DNA from: Ophelia neglecta
Taxonomy: Eukaryota
Assembly: GCA_965285935.1 (NCBI GenBank)
Contig: OZ260663.1
Location: 63,116,001-63,180,000 of the forward strand
DNA length: 64,000 bases
Reading direction: 5' to 3'
Below the pieces are notes generated by a model. The model had not been told where the DNA came from, did no database searches, and saw only the letters and a list, made by a program, of their open reading frames with translations. The translations under genes were made by a program, and so were the position numbers. Shown here piece by piece: positions 36,801-45,455 of this stretch (positions within the stretch are counted from its first letter, which is position 1; each line of letters opens with the position of its first letter).

Positions 36801-39618
36801 CACATTTTACTTGGTAGGGGCATACCAGGTAGTTCAGATGTGTTTTTTTTCTGTTTGTGAGAGACCTGTGAGTAATACCATTAAAACACAAGTTTGGAAA
36901 GCCCTAATTCAAACCACAATGCAGTATCAATTTGATTTTAAAAAAGCTTGAAAAATGCTGCTAGTTTCAAATGGCTTAATGCAGTCTTACAAGAGTTACA
37001 TATCAATTAGTTTTATCCATTGACAGAGGTGTCTCCCACAGCTTTAGTTTATAGAGTTTTGATAAAGATACTATAGTAACAATACTTACCACAAGTCCAG
37101 TTTCAACATTGGGAAGCAAGGTTATCTTGGAGCCATCAGAAATACCACTCTGTTTTAATAAACCATCCTTCAGCAATCTGAGTAAAATAGGATGATGATC
37201 AGCACAACAAGAAACTCTGGCATAGTAACTTAGAGAGTTGGCATCTTGGAGGGTGCCGAGGCATGGGGGGACATGGCCCTTTCCAAGGTATGGGATGGCT
37301 GTTGGATGAGTGCCTCCTCCCAGAGGCTGGTCTGGCAGCTAATCCCATGTTTAATTCTAAGCCCTAATATCCCCACCTGGGGGGGGGGGGGGGGGGGGAT
37401 AAATGTTTTGGCATGCCATTAATTTCTTGTTCTGGAGACACCTCACAGAAGTTTACAAATAACCAATGCCTTATGGACGTAGGAATTGTAATTGGACGCA
37501 GGATTTAATACTGCATTTAAAATGCTGAAAAAGTAAAATGAAAAATTGAGACCACAGAGGCATAACTAGTTTTGTGTACATTTGATGCTGCTATTAAATG
37601 ACGGATAATATTAATATATATCCGATAAGGAATGGCACATGTGACCGTAAATAATGTTTGTGCAAGATTCAATTCCCTCTTTGGCAAAAAATGACATGTG
37701 TTAATTCCAGGCCTACAAATAGGTTCTTTTAGGCCCCACATCTCCAAGGTAGAGCAGTTTGCGTGCAATTTGCTAATTCAAACCTGCATGAACATTTTTA
37801 CCTTTGCAATTGCTCTAGAAATAGATCAAGCTTTATACAGTTATGGTGGCTTAGATTTAAAGCGAGGTCAATATATGAGAAATACTAGCACAGTCTACAT
37901 AATTATACTATGTTAATAGTGGTCACCATCAGAACAAAGACTGGTGGCATTACATGTATTGGGCTCATACGATCAGGCTCCTGGTCAATGATTTATTGTG
38001 CCAAAGGCTTACTTTGTTTCTTGCCATACAAAGAAATTGAGACACATTATAAGAAAATATGGCATATATTTATACATATTAAATGGCATTATACTTCCAG
38101 CATGATCAGGGAGGCACATATTGACATAGTAATACTATAAGGAAACTACCGAGTATATACTCTAGTAAATAAATAACATTCCAAATAAAGCTGTGAATTA
38201 AAGCCATTATATGATAGACCCATTTATAGGCTAGCATTCTTTGTGTCAGAATTTTATACATGTGGTCATTCCATCATTTCATGATCTTTGCATCAAGAAT
38301 CGTGATGTGAACCTTACCATGTCAATCTGACATTGATAATGAAAATAAACACACACAGTCAGTTAACTAAGGTTGCTTGCCTGATGTGGGCAATGAGATA
38401 ATGTATGGGTGCCTATCAACCATATCCAAAGTCATGTGTACAAAACAATTGAAAAGTGCATATCGATCAAGGACTAGTTCAAATACCAGTAGCAAGAATG
38501 GGATAGTATGGTGGAATAGGATAGAGGTTCAGGATAGTGGGTGGATTTCCAAGAACAGATTGGACTACTTGATGACAACCAGTGGCTGCTGAGCTAACGC
38601 TAACGTTGGCCCCCTCTCTAGCACCCACATTAAACCATCCCACACAAATCCATCCAGGGTAACCTTCGGCTGTGTGGGTAGCTGTGGATTGTGTAGGTGG
38701 TACATGTAGTGTGTATGTTTAGTGAGGTCAAATAACACAAAGCCAGACGCCTGAATAATGTATAGTGAGAACCAGCCAAACGTACATACCAACCCACAAC
38801 AACTGCTAGGTATATACATGGATACCCGCCTACCAGACGACTACTTAGAGATTGAACTTTAAGCATGTATACATTTACCGACAAATGTCTGGGGTTGTTC
38901 ACTAGTTAAAGGAAGGTTCACTGACTTGTGTTGAAAGTATAACACTAGCCAGTGAATCTACATGTAGACATGGTAGATAGTCGTGCAATCTGAAGTTTGA
39001 AAACGTGTCTTCTAGCACCCTCTGAAAACTACCAAACTATGATTAATTCCAGAGCCCTGGACTAGGGCAATCCTTTACAGACTTTCAGTCCTTCATATTC
39101 GTGTTTTTGCCAAGTAAAAACAACTTATTATGTGGTGGATTTTCAATGCTAATAATTTTCAGAGGCGAGACATTGAAATGGGGAAAGAGAATGTCATTGT
39201 CACGGTCCCTGAGTCGGGTCAGGGTACTGACCCATCTTATGGCGTCTAGACGCCGAATCTCCCGCCCAAGCCAATTCGATCTCGTCCCAGGCAGGGATCC
39301 CATAGCGTGACTACGCTCTCACACGCCCCTGCTACATGATAGATTACCATAGCCAAAGCAAAAACAAACAACCCGGCTAACTTACTTCTCTTTGAATAGA
39401 AGGCTTATCCGTTCTTTGGGGATTCTCAGTTTCTTGCCGACTGCTTTCTTTAGGCCATCGACAGTTTCCTTTGAAGAAATTTGCTGGTCAAATTGTCCTC
39501 CGGTGGTTGGGCAGACCTGGACGGTCCAATGGGGAGACATACCAATGGTGACGGCTCTATTGGAATCCAGCCGACGGGACGGGCTACTATCACTTGTACT
39601 AGATTGACGGGAATCCAT
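15574..39618 (-). CDS. MIDN: Midnolin (Stuxnet/MIDN ortholog), complete 7-exon gene, 476 aa
   Basis: Exons 39386-39618, 37090-37177, 34895-34951, 27634-28098, 22144-22231, 20146-20325 and 15574-15893 have GT-AG boundaries with compatible phases (1431 nt). Motifs: Ubl ([49 protein letters not shown]), Catch1 ([41 protein letters not shown]), Catch2 ([43 protein letters not shown]), C-terminal helix/NLS ([34 protein letters not shown]). Confidence 0.95.
16165..16172. promoter_or_regulatory. Perfect CRE palindrome TGACGTCA (midnolin intron 6)
   Basis: Exact motif; ACGTCA half site and CACGTG within 100 bp. Function untested. Confidence 0.35.
17678..17910 (-). CDS. Candidate alternative (terminal or cassette) exon in midnolin intron 6
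   Basis: Acceptor CCCTTTCTCTGTCTATAG in phase 1; open reading GLPSSIPH...GKPR...[20 protein letters not shown]; possible weak in-frame donor AAG|GTCATC at 17701/17700. Confidence 0.45.
19580..19725. mobile_element. Short pogo/Tigger-like MITE
   Basis: TA|CAGAGAAACCCGTGAT ... ATCACAAGGGGTTCCACTG|TA. Confidence 0.5.
20146..20325 (-). CDS. MIDN: Midnolin exon 6 (Catch2 second part)
   Basis: TTTTTTGTAG acceptor; [35 protein letters not shown]...; ATG|GTAAGT donor. Confidence 0.94.
20549..20587 (-). CDS. Candidate 39-nt in-frame cassette exon in midnolin intron 5
   Basis: Acceptor TTTGTCTTTTTACACAG, donor AAG|GTAAGA; phase 1-1, no stop, adds [13 protein letters not shown]. Confidence 0.6.
22144..22231 (-). 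CDS. MIDN: Midnolin exon 5 (Catch2 first part)
   Basis: [29 protein letters not shown](G); CAG|GTAAAG donor. Confidence 0.94.
22420..23360. mobile_element. Probable non-autonomous transposon insertion (CpG-rich island in intron 4)
   Basis: Abrupt CpG-rich block in a CpG-poor intron; starts with ...ACTGATTGGT and ends ...GCAATAAA; class and ends uncertain. Confidence 0.35.
23579..23590. promoter_or_regulatory. Extended CRE palindrome AATGACGTCATT (midnolin intron 4)
   Basis: Exact 12-bp palindrome containing TGACGTCA. Function untested. Confidence 0.35.
25107..26008. mobile_element. Tc1/mariner (pogo-like) non-autonomous element, 902 bp
   Basis: 25-bp TIRs CAGCATAGACTC(T/A)ATTAACCGAACT (24/25 match), TA TSD, subterminal AACCGAA repeats, CpG-rich interior. 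Confidence 0.9.
26638..26735 (+). repeat. Short tandem repeat of CAATAAAATAAACCCAAATYGATTTCAA
   Basis: About 3.5 copies seen directly. Confidence 0.8.
27634..28098 (-). CDS. MIDN: Midnolin exon 4 (Catch1 plus S/P-rich linker)
   Basis: [28 protein letters not shown]...STAKSTIE; GAG|GTAAGT donor. Confidence 0.95.
31719..31785 (-). other. Candidate 67-nt frameshifting (poison) cassette exon in midnolin intron 3
   Basis: Acceptor CCTCCCTGTCCTTTCAG, donor TGG|GTGAGT, GC/CpG-rich island; inclusion gives a stop (GGT GAA TGA) at the start of exon 4. Confidence 0.6.
32037..32044. promoter_or_regulatory. Perfect CRE palindrome TGACGTCA (midnolin intron 3)
   Basis: Exact motif; TGACGTAA variant at 32630-32637. 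Function untested. Confidence 0.35.
33280..33605 (+). mobile_element. Full-length tRNA-derived SINE (Meta-domain-like body)
   Basis: A box TGGCCGAGTGG, B box GGTTTGAATCCC, (CAA)n tail, 14-bp TSD CCTTTACTGTTACA at 33266-33279 and 33606-33619; central GTCAGAATAATGTGACTGGGTGG...CAGTGAGGCAGCACT resembles the MetaSINE core (recalled). Confidence 0.9.
34433..34623. mobile_element. Old Tc1/mariner-type MITE
   Basis: TA|CTGTAATGGTAA ... TTGCCATTAGAG|TA imperfect TIRs. Confidence 0.45.
34895..34951 (-). CDS. MIDN: Midnolin exon 3
   Basis: TTTTCAG acceptor; [19 protein letters not shown]; GTAAGA donor. Confidence 0.93.
37090..37177 (-). CDS. MIDN: Midnolin exon 2 (Ubl C-half)
   Basis: TTTTACTCAG acceptor; [29 protein letters not shown]; GTAAGT donor. 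Not in the ORF track. Confidence 0.93.
39386..39618 (-). CDS. MIDN: Midnolin coding exon 1 (Ubl N-half)
   Basis: ATG 39618, MDSRQSS...[13 protein letters not shown], phase-2 donor GTAAGT. Confidence 0.92.
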
Positions 39619-39619
39619 A

Positions 39620-39960
39620 GTAGAAGGCAAATGGTACTGTAACCTTGTGGTACTTGTCACACTCTCTTGTGAGCAGCCTTAGTAGAGAGCTGATCACTGT
39701 AGTACTACACCAATAGAGAGATGTAGCGATGACTTCTCTGTGGTTGTTAGCCGTTTAACGTGCAGTTCAACAAACCTTCAAGATCTAGCGTCGGACGCGC
39801 ACTAAGCTAACTTGTGAACCTTCCTAGTCCTTACTCACAATACCGGCAGGTCGTCCAATCAGCTGGCTGGTTGGGTCATGGACGAGTCCATTACTACTAG
39901 AGGGAAAGCGACTTTGATCCAAGCGCCAGCCCCTATATTGACCTGTGTCATTCGGATAAT
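39620..39960 (-). promoter_or_regulatory. Probable midnolin 5' UTR/core promoter
   Basis: CpG-containing region upstream of the ATG with CCAAT at about 39855 and a TATA-like AATATAG on the minus strand at about 39932-39938; TSS unknown. Confidence 0.35.
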
Positions 39961-40087
39961 ATAGATCTAGTGAAACATCAATTTACATGTAGGCCTATAA
40001 GAATAGCGGGTATGAGTGATTGTTTACGGAGTCTGTGTATGTATGTGAATGTATTCTGGTGTGATGATGTGGGTGTATGTGTGTGTT

Positions 40088-40089
40088 AG

Positions 40090-40122
<33 letters not shown>
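40088..40122 (+). repeat. (GA)n microsatellite
   Basis: Seen directly. Confidence 0.9.
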
Positions 40123-41090
40123 CATATCTTTATATACAAGTCCGTATACTACGTACAGCTATATTTGTCATGCTAGGCCCAGAGCTTGCTTGAATAGTTA
40201 TTACCTTTACTCGGTAATCCAGAAGTCAGTAAATAAATGGCTAAATAAAAAGCCACGTTTTTAATTTCAGAAGTGGTAATTATTTACAAGAAGAATGTGC
40301 TAGGGGTGGGGTTTGGGTGTGTGTGGGGGGTTGGGGGTGAGGGGTGGGGTGGGGGTAGGTGTTAGTCTGTTAATTATACATAGCCTATAATATACGAATA
40401 TTTACCACAGAAGGCTCCATTACCAGTGGCCGCATGTGACTATAATTGTTAAAACTACTAACCAACCCTATATCGATATGAGTTTTGAACGAGGTATATA
40501 GTATCATGTGGAACAAGAGTAGAAATTCGGCCGGATTAAAAGTCGCGGCCTATTGGTTTTTCTCGGGTGATACTTTAATGGAGCTCAAAGTTCGTGTGTA
40601 AGTAAGCCGACTTCTGACAAATCCTCTTTCGCTAGGAATCTCTCGGTTTCTTAAATCGTGCCAACATTTTATTTATTTTTTTGCTAATTGAGTTCGCATA
40701 AATTTATAGCTAAACTCGCGAAATCATGTTTTTTTTCCGAAATTAATATGTGGTCAACAAGAGCTCCTTTACAGTATTCGCCCAAGCATTCGGCCTTTCA
40801 CCTTTGTTGACACAGTAGACTGAAGATAGGTATTCAGCGTACTACTCATTCCGCGTATCTTATGTTACATATAGATAGTTCTGAACTTCATATTCGATCA
40901 ATAAAAAAATAACATTTGTTAATACAAGCCTACCTTTCCATGTACAATCACTCTTAGATTATTTGTATATGGATAACTATTTGTATCGCTTTTGGATAAT
41001 ATAATTTCAGTTATTAAATAATCTCACAACAGTCTTGACATAGGAAATAAAGTAGACCTGTATAAGTTTACAGTGAAATCAATCATTGTA

Positions 41091-41280
41091 CCCATCGTCT
41101 ACCATATAATTATTGTTCGCAAATAATATACGCATCAATTCTCACTCGAGTTCGCATTTTCATTGCGCTATCTTTTGGAGTCGGACCCATCGTCTACCAT
41201 ATAATTATTGTTCGCAAATAATATACGCATCAATTCTCACTCGAGTTCGCATTTTCATTGCGCTATCTTTTGGAGTCGGA
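41091..41280 (+). repeat. Perfect 95-bp tandem duplication
   Basis: CCCATCGTCTACC...GGAGTCGGA at 41091-41185 and 41186-41280. Confidence 0.95.
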
Positions 41281-42559
41281 CGTACCACGTTATGTAACAG
41301 CAGGAAACAGTTCTCGTTGTCAACTTTAGCAGGGAATAATATATTCTGCTTAGGTCTCTGCATTAAGCCATAAAGCCCTTATTTGAAACCTGGAATATTA
41401 GCGAATTGGCGTTTACTGCGAAATGACCTTGAATGGCCATGCATTCATGATGCTTCTTTGCACAGATAATGTTCACGAATGTTCCGTGGCGAAAGCTGTA
41501 GGAGTCACATTCTTCCGCCCCCGATTACAGTAAACCCTGCGACTTAAGATGCAGGAGTCCCTGTAGTCTGCCCCCGATTACAGTGAACCCCGTGACATAA
41601 GATGCAGAAATCACTGTCTAATTATATTAGCAATTGGGTAAAAATTATTTTAACACACCTTCACCAGCTCGATTTTTCAGCATATGCCATTGAAAGTGCT
41701 TATCCTCTGTGAACATGGTAAATTGGATCTACTTTTTATTTAGCAAGTAGTATTTAGCAAATGTAATTCTGCTTTTTTTTCAGAAAAAAAACATTTGTTA
41801 CTGTCTCAATTACTAAGCTACAGGGGCCACTGTCTTCCGCCCCGCACGGAAGCATAAGATCTAGAAAAGGTACAGCCAAGGAGAATAGGGAACCCCGGAT
41901 ATATTTTAACTACTAGGCAGCATAACATAATCGACTTGTACGCCGCTAGGTACCGCCACCAGTTGTGTCATAATCGCGCGGGATTAGCGATTTCTGGAAC
42001 AAAGTAGGGTTAAAAAACCAGCTGTTTACAACAACACATGCGTTATGGAAGTGTAAGCCGATAATCGCCGTGTTATATAATGGATATATGAATATTTACC
42101 ATTTTCATCTTTATAGTGCCATGTGTTCATAGAACATGTACAAAATATTGTCGACTGGACGCCTATAATTTAGTGAAGCACTGAGCAATTGAAATAAGTA
42201 AAAACAAAACAAGTGACTTTGAAAAGTCATTATCGAAGGCTTATATGCGAGTGAGACTTTTTTGTATTGCACAAGAGGAAGATAGTTGTACAGTGAACAA
42301 ATTAAGAAATAATGGTGATAGTGGTGACGGTTTTATCTAGTCCGTTTTTATCTTTATCTTAATTAGTCCATTCTTTACCACTTTAAACTTTTCGAATAGA
42401 GGAAAGAAGAAAACACACATCCAGTGCTCGGAGTACGAAGTGTTTATTAGTTGAAATCATCATGAGCATTATTGGCTTCTACTTTAACTACAGCATATCC
42501 GTCATACATCGGTTAGACTTGTTAATATATAAGAATCTAATTGAAGTAATTATGGTTTC

Positions 42560-43000
42560 AAATTAAGATATACATACATAGTAAGGAATGAAACGAAGTT
42601 GTAAAAAACACACTTTTGTAATAATAATGTTATACATTTCAAGTTTAAATAATACTAATTAAGATATACATACATAGTTACAAAGTTCTAAAAAAAACAC
42701 ACTTTTGAAATAATAATGTAATACATGTTGAGTTTAAATAATACTGATTAAGAAAAAAAAGTGTGAATTTTTAGAACTTAGTTTCATTCCTTACTATGTA
42801 GTAAGGAATGAAACTAAGTTCTAAAAATTCACACTTTTTTAGTGATAATGTTATGCATGTTGAGGTGAAATAATACAAGTATAACTAGCTATGTTTTGGC
42901 ATGATTAGTACAATCTATGATATACATACATAGTAAGGAATGAAACTAAGTTCTAAAAAACACTTTTGTGGTAAAAATAGTATACATGTTGAGAAATAAA
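42560..43000. repeat. Repeat array TAGTAAGGAATGAAACTAAGTTCTAAAAA.. including a perfect 86-bp palindrome (42755-42840)
   Basis: Direct copies at about 42578, 42799 and 42931; 42-bp arms with TG spacer. Confidence 0.85.
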
Positions 43001-43167
43001 ACTAGCCAACCACCTTTTATGAATAATTAACTTGGGAATGAGATATATCATCATAGATCAGGATTACAAGAAATTAGCAGCAGGGCAGACAAAGTAGTAC
43101 CAGTACTCTAGTAGTATGTGGAGCACAATCATCAGTTCAAGACTAAAGATTATGGCCTGACTTATAC

Positions 43168-43313
43168 AATCTATATACATGTACAATCGTAACAACATAT
43201 CGTAGGTATGTTTATTTGGCCTCCCCATCAATAAAAAGTAAATCTATATACATGTACAATCATAGCAATATATCGTAGGTATGTTTATTTGGCCTCCCCA
43301 TCAATAAAAAGTA
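43168..43313 (+). repeat. 73-bp tandem duplication
   Basis: AATCTATATACATGTACAATC...CATCAATAAAAAGTA x2 with few substitutions. Confidence 0.9.
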
Positions 43314-43552
43314 ATGTAGCGAACAAAGTTTGAATAATCATATAATGTGCGAGACAATAGAAAAGGGTATATCAGAAGTGGTGTGTAACCGACAAATATT
43401 TGGTATGCGTTTATGTACGAGGAGATATAAGATGACATGTTTTACAGATGCAAAGGAAATTACATATTCAATAGGAATTTGTATTGCAGATAGTAATTTA
43501 TGTTACAAGCAGTGTATATGTGTGTGGGATGGGTGAGGAAGTAATTGCTACT

Positions 43553-44540
43553 TTAAATATCCAAATTTTCAAGAGAGGTGACAGCCCAAGATTCTTCATT
43601 GTAGGTGATTTTTAGGTTTTTATTAATTTGGGTGAGCATAAATATCTGAATGTCAATGGGAGTCATGAGATCTAAATCCTCCAGATCATGATGGGTGGAC
43701 ATGTAATGCCTGAGAGTGTCTCTGTAAAGAGTGAGGCGGGTGGATTGAATGTGTATGGGGACACTAAATTTCATCCCTGATGCATCAGCTGCCATGACCA
43801 GGTTACAGGATCCACATTGCAGCAATTGTTGTGATGATGGATGGGGTGTGGTACGCTTGTTGCACTTTGTGCATGCTGTGATGTATGTGACCTCACCGCA
43901 ACTGGTTATTTTGCCAGTGATGGTCTGGTACTGCGGCCCTGTTTCTGATAAGTGGTCGTTGCGAGTTGCCCTGTATTCCGTCAGGAACCTGTAATACAAA
44001 GGAGAAATACAAAGGTTATCAAGTGTTAATTCTTGTAGTATTTCAGTCTGCAGTTAAATTTTTCAGTTTGTATAGGTTTGTATTTTACTTCATATTGTAG
44101 GATCAGGATTCTTAGACAAAATAGATTGACATTTTGTACCATTTTGATATTATTCTTATCCACTAGGTTTTCACATATCATCAATTTAGTTGAGATTTTA
44201 ATAAATGCATTGATGGATGGTAATGACAGTCTGCCAATGGGACTGGGCTGCATTATTTTTACAAATGGTAGTGGCAGTGCGCAGAATATCACTTACATTC
44301 ACAGGTCTGACATCAGCATTAACTTTTTTAAAGGTGCTAGTTACTGTTCTGCTTGTGCTGACAAAAATTTCTTCTTTCTTGTTGTATCTTGAAACCAAGA
44401 CATTGCTCATCTTGTATGTGTGGTTTTCTTTGAGCACATCATGCAGTGGCTCCCAAAGGGCTAGTCTGCAAGTAAAATTTCAAGCTGTCAACTAACACGG
44501 TAAGTAGGCAAGTGCCGAAGCAAGTCAGTAGTGACCTGCA
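43553..44540 (-). pseudogene. Decayed spliced RPA70-like OB-fold/zinc-ribbon ssDNA-binding gene inside the Helentron
   Basis: First OB fold CRLALWEPLHDVLKENHTYKMSNVLVSRY (upstream frameshift); last exon 43553-43988 after acceptor TTTCTCCTTTGTATTACAG: TITGKITSC..ACTKCNKR..LQCGSCN..RLTLY (CxxC/CxxC inserted in an OB fold, as in RPA70 DBD-C). Confidence 0.65.
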
Positions 44541-44974
44541 GGTTTGGAGGGGGGGGGGGGGGGGTACAGCAGAATAGTGTACATATGGGAGGGGGGGGGA
44601 TATGTTATAGAGGTTAATCGGAGGACACATGTGCAAAGGGACGTATCCTCGTCCTTGTACTGTTCTGATATAACTTTCAGTCATGTTAACAGGTTAAAAG
44701 GAAATTAAATCATACAAGAAGCACAGCATTTAGTCCCCAGTGTCTATAAAGTTCAATGCGTTCAAAGCACGCTGCATTCTCGATCTTTTCATCGAGCACT
44801 TGAGAAGACGAAAATGAGAATATTACTCACATTTTGAGGTGCAGTTCTGTACGTGCGTGTCGTTTGATCAGTTGAATTTGGAGATGTACGAGCTTTTGTC
44901 GTCTTTGCTAACTGTTGTTCATTGATGGTCCGAGGTAGAATGTAAAACTGCCAATGTTCCTTGCCACGCTGAAT

Positions 44975-45455
44975 TTGTCCGGATGTTATTGTAAGCAGCC
45001 TGCGCACAAACGTGTGATTTCGGAGTAATCCGCGTATGAAAGTAGTGCCGACAGTATATACAGAATTCCCCTAGTAGCTTCTCCCTCAACATGTCATTAA
45101 ATTCACGCAGTGGTGTTTCTCGCATGTGTAACTCAAATAATGCGGGGAAAAGACCGTTGAAGCGAGTTATCTATAGTATTTTTGTGTATTGATATTTGAG
45201 CCTTGCCACGAGGTATCAGTCCGGATGTTATTGTTACAGCCTGCTTGTCGGAGTAATCCGCGTATGAAAGTAGTGCCGGATGTCATTGTAAGCAGCCTGC
45301 TCACAAACGGATGACTTGTCGGGGTAATCCGCGTATGAAAGTAGTGCCGCCGGTATCACAGAATTCCTTGTAGCTGCTCCCTCAACTTGTCATTAAATTA
45401 ACGCAGTACTATTTCTCGCATGTGGTAACTGAAATAATGCGGGAAAAAGACCGTG
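44975..45455 (+). repeat. Internal duplicated blocks of the Helentron
   Basis: GTAATCCGCGTATGAAAGTAGTGCCG x3 and CAGAATTCC..CTCCCTCAAC..TCTCGCATGTG..AAAGACCGT x2. Confidence 0.85.

Noticed and set aside
6564-42840. Both perfect palindromes have 42-bp arms
   Set aside because: The sequences are unrelated and the origins differ (TSD-flanked MITE versus inverted array unit); the equal length is treated as coincidence.
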